Source: Sphaerodactylus townsendi
Lineage: Eukaryota
DNA length: 64,000 bases
Reading direction: 5' to 3'
NCBI RefSeq assembly: GCF_021028975.2
Contig: NC_059433.1
Location: forward strand, 50,282,001-50,346,000
Within the stretch, counting starts at the first letter, position 1. Each line of letters starts with the position of its first letter. A program made the position numbers and the translations under genes. Positions 37,801 through 48,067 of the stretch are shown piece by piece. The notes under the pieces were generated by a model. It did no database searches. It saw only the letters and a list, made by a program, of their open reading frames with translations, and was not told the origin of the DNA.

Positions 37801-40800
37801 GGCACTCTTGTTGTTGCTGTGTAAGTATAACTAGTGTGGTTACAAAATACATGCTTTGCTCTCCACAAGACACTGAAACAGTTTCTCCATTGAGGAGCTT
37901 GTCAGTTTATACATTATGAGCAAAATGAATCAGTTGGGTAATAGTCCTTCTTAATCTTCTGTTCTGTTTAAATCAAAACGGAGTAAGGGCTTTATGTAAA
38001 ATATTTTGATTGGTTTTTCCAACACAGTAGAACCAAAATGGTTCACAAGACTATGCTACGTATTGTGATACACGCTAGTGACAGAGGATAGCAGATGCTA
38101 CCTAATATCGGGGGGCATTAGCTTATTTCCTCTCTCCTAGCCTACTGCACTGCTTTTGATCACAGGACAACTTCATACAGGATGAGACACTCCCTATTCT
38201 ATTCCCCAGGAGATTTAAGCCAAAATTTAGGCTCACAGGACAGATCCTAAGATTTCCAAATATTACCGTTGGTAGGTTATTTCACTGTGGGTTAGTTTTT
38301 AACAATTGAGGTGTCTTCAGCTCAGGCATCCATCCATCTGTGGATTATTTGATTATCTAAGATGGATGAATATAGATGTTGATTTTACAAATTGAAACCT
38401 TTTTATGCCTTTATTTGAGTTTAATGGTTGTGGTTCATAGAGACACCTGTTTTCTTTTACAGTGTTGCCCCTCTTGCTGCTCCTGTGTCGCTCTGGGGCA
38501 GCGGCTAAGAAAGGCTTTGCAGCTATACCTGATAATAGCGAAGAAATGTTGCGTAACTGGAACAGTGAAGGGGCAGCTCCTGAAAACAAGGTTTCTTTGT
38601 TTTACCCTCATTTTGTATTTAATGCCTAGGGATTTTGATTCTTTGATAGAGGCTGAAGCTACTTATAATATTATACATGTGTTAATTTTGGTGCTCAAGA
38701 TATAATTCATTTCTGTGTACTTTTTCTGGTCTAAAATGAAAGTTTGGATAAAATAGTTGGGCCAATAGAGACATGAAAATGTATGAGCAGACCTGTAATC
38801 TTAATGGTTACTTGGTACTAAACCTATTTGAATCAGTGGGGCTGTGACCTTCCAACCACTGCTTGTAGTGGTAAACCTGCATCTGGGCTGTCCCATTTCA
38901 TCTTGCAGGTTGGACACACCTGACTGAATGCTCTACACAACATTTTTCCAAACAATAAATATCCCTGCTGATTAGATTAATTCTGCCTTTCTCCTTCCTT
39001 CCTAGATTTTTATAAAATACTTTATATGCTGGAGTACTCCATCAGATAAACCCCACCACCTCCAGTATCAAGTGGTGCAATCCAGATGTAATTCCTGCCA
39101 CCACCCCTGCATCTGTTGTTTGTTGAGAATTGGATCTTATTTCCTGGCCAACAGAAACAGAATCAGGGAGTAAGGCAGCTATTTTCAGACTTTCCTCCCC
39201 GCAGTACAGCTATCACTGAAGGGTGTGAGAAGAAAGATTGCATAAAAGCTGTACTTATCTAGCAGACATTTTGGGTGCTGGGAAACAACTTGGCTCTAAG
39301 CCCTTCTGAATTGACTTTGGGAATAGTACATCAAACTGAACTTTTTGATGTTTGGTCTAGTATTCGGTATCCTCTCATGGATAAAAAAGCTGTTCTGACT
39401 TTTCTTCCAGTGCATAAAATACCCCATAAGGAGTCAGATTAGCCTCCAGTCACCTCCACCCAATCCAGTCTGCTGTGATATTTAGAGATTGAACTGAATT
39501 CTAATTATGTTTTAATTATTGTCTGTGATGCTAGGCAATCCTAAACCTCGTCTCTCCCCCTGCATTGGACAACTCGGGGTTTGGAGCAGCTGCAGTGGGT
39601 GTAGGAGCAGCAGCCACACTGGGTGGTGGCTCTTCTTCAATGTTGAAAGACAGTTACAACAATGTCAAAGTGACCAACAGACAATGGGAAGAGCAACGAG
39701 CTCTTATGTCTGGTGCAGGTTATGGTGGCATGGAATCAGGGGGTGCATCAGGCATGGCAGCTGGAGGAGGCATGGCAGCCAGAGGTACCATGGTAATGGG
39801 CTCTAGAGGAATTATGGATGCTGGAGGGGCTGTTGCCATGGAAACTGGAGGAGCTGTGAATGAAGATTTCTTAAGGAGTTACTTCAATGAGGTAAGATTT
39901 CTACTACTGGTAGAATCTATCGTAGTTGGCTTTTTTATTTTGTTTGTGTGTCCTAAGACTAAGAGTTATCTTTGACTGAAATGGGTTGTAGAGATCATAT
40001 CAGTCCAGCCTTGTTCCATCTATACAGGCTCCCAGTTTACTTCTGAGCCCAATTCAAGGTGCTGGTATTGACATTTAAGTTCTATATGGCTTGTAACCAG
40101 CATACTTTAAGGACCACTTTCTCTAATATGAAGTTACCCATCCAATCTGGTCATCTTCAGATGCCCCGCTTTGTGTCAGAGACATCAACCTGAGAAAGGG
40201 TTTTCTCAGTCATGGCACCAAAATCTCAGAACTCCCTCCACAGGGAGAGTCATCTGTGTCTCTCTGTGACATAGAGAGTAGGTGAAGACTATTTTTGTTC
40301 TGTTTGGAGTACTTTCAGTTTCCGTAATTAGCCCACCTCTCTCATCATTTTGTTATGTGTGTTTATATGTTTTTATTGAATTGTTTATTTTATATATAAT
40401 GTGTTTTAAATTCTGTACTTTAAATTCTGTTAAATTCTTTAAAGTACATTTACTGTACTTTAAATGCATGTTTTGATGCATGCCACCTTCAGGATCTTTT
40501 GAGGGAAAGGTGGCATGGAATTTTTAAAATGAATTTACCCAGTCCCCTTTTAAAAGTGGTTCATGACAATTCTACTTGTAGTTGTGACTTCTATAAGAAA
40601 ACTAGCAGAGTGTCGTGATTTTTCTTTGTTGTCCAAATTGACATTTTAGAAATGACGAATTAATAAACACTTTAATATATGCTGATACTAACCTGTGTAG
40701 TATTGATAGGTTTGTTTAAATTTTAACAAAAAGAACAAAAAGAAAAGTATGAAAATTAATAAGAATGACTAAGTGACAAGAACTATTTATATGCCATTAA

Positions 40801-41884
40801 AGGTATTCGATTTGAACTAAATTCAAATTCGACTAAGTGACAAATGAACAGGGGTTGCTAATGGATAGAAAGCTGGAGTATGGCAGAATTGAAAATCACA
40901 TATTTTAATGGGTTTTTAATGAACACCATTGCTGGTTGTTCTTCATTTTAGAAATATGTTGCTTTTGCTGATGAAGATGAAGGTCACCTTGCAAAAGACT
41001 GCCTATTACTTTACTCTCAGAAGGAGGAAGGAGGCTCTACCCATGGCTCTATTGGCTGCTGCAGCTTTATTGAAGATGAATTTGATGACAGTTTCCTGAA
41101 TGACTTAGGAGATAAATTTAAGACTCTGGCTGAGATCTGTGTGGGTAAACGCATGGGCACATTAGCTGGGCAGCACGGTTCTCAAATCCTGAAAGATACA
41201 GTGGATGAAGTGGATGTACATGGTTTGAGTTCAAAGCACAACTATTCTTCAGCCTCTGGCTACCAACTACCTGAAACCACAAAAGCTTTTGGTGCAGATA
41301 CTGTAATGGAAGAGCTGGTAACTGAGTCAGCTTTTTCATCCAGATCTGGCCTCCAGCCACCTAAGCCTATGCCTGACCCCATGTTAAGCAGCAATGTTGT
41401 TGTGACAGAAACATCTTATGGGGCAGCACCCCCTACAGTGATCCTGGACCCTCAAATGGAAAATGTCGTTGTGACAGAGAGGGTGCTTGCTCCTGCTTCC
41501 AGCTTGCAGGAAGTGTTGGAAATACCTCATGGAGTCTTTCACGATCTCCCAGATTCAAAGTACGTTGTAGTGAGAGAAAGGGAAAGGGTTCTTGTACCTA
41601 GCTCTAACCTACAAGCTTCCTTAAGTATCCCCAATTTATCAGAAGGACAGAACATGATAGTAACTGAAAGTACAGTTTCATCCTCCTCTGGTTTGCAGGC
41701 TGCAAGTACACAAAGCATGACAGAGCCAGCCATGTATTCTGGCAGTGATAGGCACAAACACATATTGATCTCAGATCCCCTTTTTCACCAAGGCAGCACA
41801 GAGGAAGTACTTCCTCTGGGTTCTTCTTTGAGCAAGTCCTCACGGCTCACAAAATACAGCTCTGTGCAATATACTCGTTCCTAA
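10831..41884 (+). CDS. DSG2: Desmoglein-2, complete 15-exon gene span (spliced CDS 3288 nt, 1095 aa)
   Basis: Signal peptide, RQKR furin site followed by EW, four EC repeats plus an anchor domain, TM segment [26 protein letters not shown] segment SIGCCSFIE...[16 protein letters not shown] repeat-unit domain, and C-terminus [13 protein letters not shown]. Exon sizes and phases match my recollection of human DSG2, and the gene lies directly upstream of TTR. Confidence 0.96.
11690..11992. mobile_element. Palindromic repeat, probably Penelope-derived, interrupted by a MITE
   Basis: Ends agaagagttagattt / aatctagctcttct are inverted; same family as 30204-30538. Confidence 0.6.
11775..11915. mobile_element. 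PIF/Harbinger-type MITE (141 bp)
   Basis: TIRs GGCTCATTCCGCAC / GTGCGGAAGGGGCC; 3-bp TSD TTC; near-identical inverted copy at 30319-30459. Confidence 0.85.
16860..17340 (+). mobile_element. L2-clade LINE RT C-terminal remnant
   Basis: Degenerate LDYC..L..GL...[10 protein letters not shown] motif. Confidence 0.8.
20219..20330. mobile_element. Short Penelope-like inverted terminal remnant
   Basis: Similar to the ends of the element at 20535-20991. Confidence 0.7.
20535..20991. mobile_element. Penelope-like element with inverted pseudo-LTRs, nested in a MITE
   Basis: ~125-bp inverted arms; 12-bp TSD GCTAGAATTACA (20523-20534, 20992-21003). Confidence 0.85.
20622..20662 (-). ncRNA. Minimal type I hammerhead ribozyme motif (Penelope-associated)
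   Basis: Minus strand reads CCU-CUGAAGA-U-GCCAGC-CACAGAU-GCAGGC-GAAAC-GUU-AGG: intact core, stem II and a 3-bp stem I. Confidence 0.7.
22208..22243 (+). CDS. DSG2: DSG2 exon 2 ([12 protein letters not shown])
   Basis: Acceptor tttttttcttgcag, 36-nt phase-0 exon, donor gtagg; resembles human ICFNVGSGLHLQ. Confidence 0.88.
22715..23536. mobile_element. Non-autonomous Tc1/mariner (Tc2-like) element
   Basis: TA-flanked TIRs CCATATATACTTG / TGAGTATATACGG; repeated subterminal GTATAAGTCGA motifs; long internal palindrome. Confidence 0.82.
24955..25083 (+). CDS. DSG2: DSG2 exon 3 (propeptide, RQKR, EC1 start [23 protein letters not shown])
   Basis: Acceptor ttttttcccttgtcag, donor gtaagg; furin site and adhesive Trp2. 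Confidence 0.95.
26415..26935 (-). mobile_element. RTE-clade LINE fragment, preceded by a short CR1 3' end (~26355-26415, +)
   Basis: Minus-strand [16 protein letters not shown]...LFNLYAE...GVKIGG...YVDDT. Confidence 0.85.
26939..27160 (-). mobile_element. Squamate tRNA/CORE-type SINE (Squam3-like), 3' part
   Basis: Reverse complement matches the SINE at 43001-43273, including the (CTT)n tail. Confidence 0.8.
27544..27705 (+). CDS. DSG2: DSG2 exon 4 (IRSD...[10 protein letters not shown])
   Basis: 162 nt with AG/GT boundaries; EC1 DRE motif. Confidence 0.95.
27844..27988 (+). CDS. DSG2: DSG2 exon 5 (LKGLAINW...[10 protein letters not shown]...EELSDV)
   Basis: 145 nt with AG/GT boundaries; DINDN Ca2+ motif. 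Confidence 0.95.
29111..29479. mobile_element. Young CpG-rich PIF/Harbinger-type MITE
   Basis: Perfect 14-bp TIR GGCCCTTTCCGCAC; flanks TGA/TTA; many intact CpGs. Confidence 0.85.
29569..29735 (+). CDS. DSG2: DSG2 exon 6 ([14 protein letters not shown]...LDRE)
   Basis: 167 nt with AG/GT boundaries; ATDAD and LDRE motifs. Confidence 0.95.
30319..30459. mobile_element. PIF/Harbinger-type MITE (141 bp) nested in the palindromic repeat 30204-30538
   Basis: Inverted copy of 11775-11915. Confidence 0.85.
30948..31082 (+). CDS. DSG2: DSG2 exon 7 (VHSSYSL...[14 protein letters not shown])
   Basis: 135 nt with AG/GT boundaries; AKDRNG and DVNDN motifs. Confidence 0.95.
31206..31391 (+). CDS. DSG2: DSG2 exon 8 (YEGNVQEN...NEGILTLVK)
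   Basis: 186 nt with AG/GT boundaries; DKD and SGNEGGYF motifs. Confidence 0.95.
31542..31830 (-). mobile_element. Sauria SINE-like element
   Basis: Characteristic tactcattttactgacctcaggaggatgaaaggctgagtcaaccttgagc segment and an ACCT-type tail. Confidence 0.78.
32257..32519 (+). CDS. DSG2: DSG2 exon 9 (EVDYE...NVKEGP...AWDEDTG)
   Basis: 263 nt with AG/GT boundaries; desmoglein-type NVKEG linker. Confidence 0.95.
33011..33140. mobile_element. Near-perfect palindromic MITE (130 bp)
   Basis: GGCTGATTCCGCATGGGCCAAAAACAG...CTGTTTTTGGCCCATGCGGAATCAGCC with TSD TCA. Confidence 0.9.
33490..33905 (-). mobile_element. RTE-type LINE 3' end
   Basis: RTE-like 3' UTR (cataagtcagaagcaacttaatggcac) with a CA-type tail. 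Confidence 0.68.
34109..34251 (+). CDS. DSG2: DSG2 exon 10 ([11 protein letters not shown]...LAITE)
   Basis: 143 nt; acceptor ttgtacag, donor gtaagt; phase consistent with neighbouring exons. Confidence 0.93.
34388..34894. mobile_element. PIF/Harbinger-type MITE (507 bp)
   Basis: Termini GGCCTGTTCCGCA / GCGCAGAAGGGGCC with TTA TSD. Confidence 0.75.
35560..35787 (+). CDS. DSG2: DSG2 exon 11 (FPSKTATGT...CPT...KWAIGQVH)
   Basis: 228 nt with AG/GT boundaries; extracellular-anchor cysteines. Confidence 0.94.
36021..36216 (+). mobile_element. tRNA-derived SINE with a CR1-like tail (Squam2-like)
   Basis: A-box-like cagtggtagagca, degenerate B box, and 3' tail gtctgacccggtgtaaggcagcttcatat. Confidence 0.7.
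37590..37820 (+). CDS. DSG2: DSG2 exon 12 (DNQGFSC...CTC...C, start of TM segment)
   Basis: 231 nt with AG/GT boundaries; DNQGFSC and [11 protein letters not shown]. Confidence 0.94.
38463..38590 (+). CDS. DSG2: DSG2 exon 13 (end of TM segment, [11 protein letters not shown])
   Basis: 128 nt; acceptor ttttcttttacag; intracellular-anchor WxxEGA motif. Confidence 0.94.
39535..39891 (+). CDS. DSG2: DSG2 exon 14 (Gly/Ala/Met-rich; WEEQR; [11 protein letters not shown])
   Basis: 357-nt phase-0 exon; acceptor ctag, donor gtaag. Confidence 0.9.
40020..40525 (+). mobile_element. L2-clade LINE 3' end
   Basis: [15 protein letters not shown]-like segment followed by a T-rich 3' UTR and terminal stem. 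Confidence 0.65.
40952..41884 (+). CDS. DSG2: DSG2 exon 15 coding part (ICS, IPL, RUD and terminal domain)
   Basis: Acceptor cattttag; open frame to TAA at 41882-41884; [18 protein letters not shown] and VVVTE repeats. Confidence 0.96.
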   Translation, partial: KYVAFADEDEGHLAKDCLLLYSQKEEGGSTHGSIGCCSFIEDEFDDSFLNDLGDKFKTLAEICVGKRMGTLAGQHGSQILKDTVDEVDVHGLSSKHNYSSASGYQLPETTKAFGADTVMEELVTESAFSSRSGLQPPKPMPDPMLSSNVVVTETSYGAAPPTVILDPQMENVVVTERVLAPASSLQEVLEIPHGVFHDLPDSKYVVVRERERVLVPSSNLQASLSIPNLSEGQNMIVTESTVSSSSGLQAASTQSMTEPAMYSGSDRHKHILISDPLFHQGSTEEVLPLGSSLSKSSRLTKYSSVQYTRS

Positions 41885-43000
41885 ATGCTATATTTTCATC
41901 CATCATTTTATAGTTACAGGTGACATTGATAAGAGTAGTGGCTTGTTTTTCTCAAAATCTGAATAGGTTGCCTTGGTCTTCCCACTGTACTTTCTCAAAA
42001 ATAGCATGTCAGGATTAAAAGAACTACTGGAAGTGGCTACTCATGGGCTAGAGCAGGAGTCACTGTGGGAAGCTGGGAGGGGAACATAGTTGTGAATTTC
42101 CTGTGTAGTGCAGGAGTTGATGAGATGACCTTTGAAGTATCTTCTGGTACTCTGTTTATATGTTGCATACATGAAAATTATTTTATTAAGAAAATGAAAT
42201 ATGCTTCTTAATGTAGGTATATAGCTATATACATTTTAGGATCCAAGGAATAGCTCAGTCAGATTAAGCTAGTTATGCAGCAGACTTTTAATAGCTGTTT
42301 CTCACTAACTTGTAGTGTGATCCTAAATACGTTGAATTAAAATTAAGTTACAATGAGTTTATACAATTTATTTCATAGTACATATGTTAAAGATTATTTT
42401 TACTGTTGCCAATGTACTTGAATTTTAATTTAGTAGGGGTATTGCCTTCGAAGTTGCATTGTCTTAACTGTCAGAACTGTCTCGTTTACCTGAATTCTTA
42501 ATCAGGTTGTTTGATAGCAATAGGAAGTGTGTCTGGTAGATTAACAAGTATTATCACCATTTCTAGCCTACAGTTTTTCACACATTTAGAAGTAAACACA
42601 TGTAAAACTTGATGGATTGAGAAAAAGCAGTTTGGTTCAGTCTTTTTTCTTTACCAGTCACTAAAACGAGCTCTAATATTTTGCAGAAATTCTCAGAGTC
42701 ATCAGTTAATGTGTATCCCCTAGTTTTGCACATGGATTACTTTGAGATGAAGCATGATAGACCAGAATAGAAATTATTTTCTGTCAGGAAGTGAGGTATC
42801 TGCAGGTGTACATCATACCTTCCATACATCCATCTGCTTTGCCTCTGAGTTGGCAAATGGAGAGTTGGTTTATGCTCTGTGCAGATAGTTTTGGCCAGTG
42901 GAGGCATAGAGAGGGGAGTTGATTATCCTTAATACACATCACAGAAACCATTGCAAAGAATGGGGGAAATTATTCATTTATCCTGCTTTTCTGCATCCCA

Positions 43001-43273
43001 ACATGGTGTAGTAGTTAAGAGCAGGTGAACTCTAATCTGGAAAACTGGGCTTGATTCCCCACTCCTCCACATGAGTGGCAGATTCTTATGTTTCCCCACT
43101 CTACATTCCTGCTGGGTGACCTTGGGCTAGTCACAGTTCTTCGGAAGTCTCTCAGTCCCCCCTACCTTAGAAGGTGACTTTGGTGGGGAGAGGAAGGGAA
43201 AGAAGTTTGTAAGTTGCCTTGAATCTCCTTCCAGGAGAGAAAGGTGGGGTATAAATCAAAACTCTTCTTCTTC
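43001..43273 (+). mobile_element. Full-length Squam3-like SINE within the presumed DSG2 3' UTR
   Basis: A box tggtgtagtagtt, B box gcttgattcccc, CORE-like gctgggtgaccttgggctagtcac, and (CTT)n tail. Confidence 0.82.
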
Positions 43274-44249
43274 ACCATCATTTGCAAGTTCCTGGTTCAG
43301 CAGGTTTTTTGAAAGGTTTCACACATATTTCACTGCTTCTAGTGGTCAATTTTATAACACACCCAATTTTATCAAGACTAAAAAGCTGCTGGTTAACTCA
43401 GCAAGGAAATAAACTAGATTTAATAGTGTTCTGTATCAAATTAACCACTAGAGGAAGCAAAGTACATTCGGGATTTAAAGAAACACAGAAGAAACCAGGA
43501 ACTTTGAGATAAGGAAAAAGAGAATGCAGAAAAGGCTTTGCTGTCCAAGTAACACTCAGAAAGTGGGAGATTAGTTTAATATTATGCTCAACTACAGTTC
43601 TTCCAAGCATTATTTGTATAGGAAAGAATGAGTAAGGCCAGTGAAGCTTTATATCAATAACAGATACTGTGCTCCTTTTGTATGATGTAGATCTGGCATT
43701 CTGTTGGAAACTATGAATGTTCCTATTTAACAACCATAGCCAATAATGAATCCTTATTTAAAAACTCCATGTGAGCTGTAATGCATTCAGGGAATATCCC
43801 TGTTTACAAAGAATGTCCCAACCATTTCAGCAACAACAGCTGGTCTTTGTATGTGTATTTGTGCATTTATATCAGCTTCTTCCATTCTGTACATGCAAAC
43901 CAAAAAAAACCCACCCTGTTTGTGTAAGTGTACACAAAGATACAGTCATGCAGTCGATCACAAATTTTGCAAGTACATTGTGCATCATCAGGGCTAGAAC
44001 CAGGCTGGTTCAAGGGATATTAGATACAGATCAGGGAAACACATGTTGAGATTCCCGCTCATGTTGGATGCCCTTAGTTGCTCTCTTTACCTATATATAC
44101 AAATATATATATATATAATTGAAAAAAGAAAAAAAATGAGATAAAAAGTTTCAATCATGGCAAATATTTTGATAAAATACATGTACCTTAATTTTTTTAA
44201 AGGACAAGTCCTTTTTCAAGTCTACTGTTTTTAATACAAGTATTCATCC

Positions 44250-44477
44250 AATAAATGATACACAGGGGTTCGTAATCAATATGGGAATAATAGATGTGTC
44301 CTTGTTTTCCTACCCATTAAGAATAAGTATTTCTTATTGCTGGCTTCTTCTTATATGAAAAACATGGATTTCTGTATATACAGCTTTGTAATATTTTTAT
44401 ATAACTGGACTTGGTTTTGCACTATTGTCATACATGGGGTAGGGCTGTGTTGTACTTTTGATAACATTTGAAATAAA
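44250..44477 (+). terminator. Candidate DSG2 polyadenylation signals (AATAAA at ~44250 and ~44472)
   Basis: AATAAA hexamers at the end of an AT-rich 3' UTR; the second is followed by a GT/T-rich tract (ggttggtttgttttt). Confidence 0.45.
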
Positions 44478-45579
44478 AGGGATACATAAAAGCGTGGAGT
44501 GAGCTGGTTGGTTTGTTTTTCAGAAAATGCATCCATCTAAAAATTTGGACCACTGCTTGAATGATTGGGCGTGCCATCCCTGGTAGGTGGTGGAAAACAC
44601 GGCAAAGGATCCACAGTTTTATTCTGTGCAGAATTACTTAGGGGATAGTGATGAGGGTGAATGCCATGTAAATGCACAGGACTGCAGCATTAGCAGGGCA
44701 TCATCTATGATCTGTTGACAGTCTGTTATGTTTAAAGAAGCAGAGGTGAAGTGGCATCTTTTACAGGGGAAACAAGCTGCATTAAACATTCACTTAATGG
44801 TGGGCAACCATCTTAAAATAGGGGTGTAGTTCTCATTGAAATAGGAAACGTGTGTCTGTGTAGTAGACTTCAGACTAGAAGAGGGGGTAATATGAATAAA
44901 TGCTCTTCCATATGAAGCAGTTCTGCCACAGAGGATAAAATGTCATAGAAAAGGGTTCCATCCTGTCCTAGCTGGCACGCCGAGTTTTCATTTTAATGTA
45001 AAGGAGGTCTACTTGTATGGAGAAGTATACTATCATGTGAGCCTCCACCTGCACTTTGGAGCTGGGAGAACTCTCAGTGAGAACTAAGCCACAGTTGAAG
45101 CTTGACTCTTTGGAGGTAGCAGCATCTCACTCCAGCTATATCTGTGTTGTGTGGAAACCATTCCTATTGTATACAAGCATGGTTGTTGCAATGTGAATTG
45201 ATGCAATTCCCTCCCTCCCCTCCCTTGCATGCCACCCCTCACTCTCTCCCCTCCCTCCCTCCCCTTCCTTTGCATGGCACCCCTCCCTCTCCCTCCACTA
45301 GGGTGGGTGGGCCATGTCCAGATGCCAGGCCCCCTCCCTCCCTTGCATGCCTCCCTTTCCCTTTCCCCTCCCTTCCCCTCACTGTGCATTAACTGTGCAT
45401 CTAGGCATGCTCAGCCCCATTCATTTCCCCTGGAACTGAAGTCTGTTTTACTGTGTGTTCAGTTGTGGCTGGTAGGAACACTTCTAGAGAAAGAAGTGGG
45501 AAAACTGTATATTTGAACATTCAGAGAAAAATAGAAACTTGGTAAAAACACTGCTTAGAGATCGAAATACACTGTGTGT

Positions 45580-45868
45580 ACTGGTTGTTGTAGGTTTTCC
45601 GGGCTGTGTGGCCATGGTCTGGTAGATCTTGTTCCTAATGTTTCACCTGCATCTGTGGCTGGCATCTTCTCTCTGAGATACACCTCTGAAGATGTATTGT
45701 ATTGTAAATGCTTTGGTCAAAGACCGTAAATAAATCTTACTTACTTACCTCTGAAGTTGGTAGCCACAGATGCAGGCAAAACATTAGGAACAAGATCTAT
45801 CAGACCATGGCCACACAGCCCAGAAAACTCACAACCAGTTGAATCCAGCCATAAAAGCCTTCAACAAT
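45580..45868. mobile_element. Penelope-like inverted pseudo-LTR pair with decayed hammerhead motifs
   Basis: Same arms as 20535-20991. Confidence 0.82.
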
Positions 45869-48007
45869 TAATTACATCTGTGTAGCTTGTGCATGTCAAA
45901 CATACTGAGTCAACGCCCTTGCACATTCACAAGGTGGCCAAGGAGGAGCCAAAGTTGCACAGAATCCACCATCCATAAGAACTGACCAACCGAAATAAGA
46001 ATTACTGAAGAAAGTGCTCAGAACCCCCAACAACCTGTCTAGCATCAAAAGTTGCTGAATATCAGTGCCTGGATAAAACTTTTTACTCTCATATTTTTAC
46101 CAACTTTTTAAAAAGCCCTTCTGTGATGATTTCAGCATAGCTATGTGACATTGCTGCTATTCAATTTTTTACTGTTTTGTGCTGTTCTGTGCTTTTTATA
46201 TTACAAGTGTCCAAAGAATTTCTGAGAATCCTATCAGCTAGGATATGTAGGTGGGTTCCAAATGCTTCATGAATAACAGAGCAGCAGCTTCCAGCTGTCA
46301 AGATTTATACAGACTAGGAAGCAAATGAGCTCAAGGTTCAGAGACCCTATTCCAGGCTCCCTGCTCAGTGTCTGCAATCTTAATACCAGCATACCCATTT
46401 CACATGAATCACAAAAACATTCTTTCTGCTTTGTGCCACTAGATGGCATAATTATTACGCTTGCAAAAGTAATTATTGAAAGTCCCCTCAGACAGACTCG
46501 TTGTTTAAGTGTGTTTGCAATACATAACCATTTTATTTAAGAAAGCAAAATTGTAAATTTAAAACATGAACATTTATCTCAAACTGACAAAATTTGTATG
46601 TCCATGCTGGTTTGGAAAGGAGCTGCCCCTGAAGTGGATATGTATCTGAAGCAATCTATTTATTTATTTAAACATATCCTGCCTTTCTTTGCAGATCAAG
46701 GTAATTTACAATAATAGTTTAAAACTTTCCCAGCTAAAATTAAAGTATAATAGCAAACTGGAAATCTTCCCCCCTTAAAAGATGCCTGCCATTTAAACCC
46801 CCTCAGAGAGCCCTTTTGCGCTTTCTCTGCACAATCTCCCCCCTGCTTCTCTCGTCCTTCCCTTTTTTATCCTCCCTGGTTGCCACCCTCCACTGGGCCA
46901 AGACCAGTTCCCAAGCCACTATTGACTCGCAAGCTGTCCGTCAAGCCCTACCGGCCTGCAAATTGGTCCTCTCACCTGAGAGCCCGCCTGCTCCTTTAAG
47001 GGTCTGGGCATAGGGCATAGCCCAGCTCTGCTGAAGCATAAGGTAGCTGGTCAGCAAGTCCCACCATCTGCTGTTGTCCAGGCAGTGGTGTATCTGCCTG
47101 GGGACGTGGTTTACCCCATGACCCCGGGCACAACTAATCTGGTCACGTGGGGAGTGCAAAATTGACCCCCCACGTGACCAGATGCCTTTCCCCACCCCCA
47201 GAGTCTTCAGCCTCCTTCTGTCTGCCCACATGGTCGACGACGTGGGCAAGGGAAGCGGCATGGCCATGGCTGGAGCTCCAGCCACAGCCACTTCCTTTCC
47301 TTTCAGAGCAGGTGGTGCCTCCATGGCTGGTGCTCCAGTCGCTTCTTTTCCTTTCTGAGGGAAGGCAAATGGCGCCGGCATGGCTGAAGCTTCCCTTCCT
47401 TCCTTTCAGCCGTCTCCATACACCCCTCTGCCCTGCCCTGCCAGGCCCGGCAAAGGTAAGTGAGGTGCAGGGGGCGCCCGGAGCAGGTTTTGCCTTCCAG
47501 TGCCATTTTCCCCTGGTATGTCTCTGTGTCCAGGTTTTTCTCTGCAGCCTCCTGATTCAGCCACCCACTGTGTAATGCCTTAGCCACCTCCTGTCCCTCC
47601 AGCTGCAGCCCTGGGCTTGTCCTGCACCATCACAACCAGCTCCCAACTTGCCAACAATGTGGCCTCTCCTGAGCAGGTTCTTTCCACTGGTGCCAGTTCA
47701 GGCTCCCAGCCTCTGCTTCCCCGCAAGGTGAGTGCTGGCTGGAGGGAAACGTCCAGGCCTGCTGTGGGCACCATCTCTGGACATATACTAGTTTTAAAAA
47801 CAAAAATAAAGGTCAGTTTTTGCAAATGTTTCATTTATCTTTTATTTATCTTCTCAGAGCTAGAAAGAGAGAGAGAATTTTGGACCCATTCATTCCCTGA
47901 GGGCTTGGGGAACCCAGAAAGGTGATGAGGCAGTGCAGCTGGGTTTGCTTACCTGTAAACTTTGTTCATTGAGTGTTCTTCTGTGCAAGCACATACTGGA
48001 CTGCACA

Positions 48008-48067
48008 CTAGTGTTTTCAATAATGCAAGGAGCACTTCTAGTGTTTTCAATAATGCAAGGAGCACTT
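48008..48067. repeat. Perfect 30-bp tandem duplication
   Basis: CTAGTGTTTTCAATAATGCAAGGAGCACTT x2. Confidence 0.95.
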
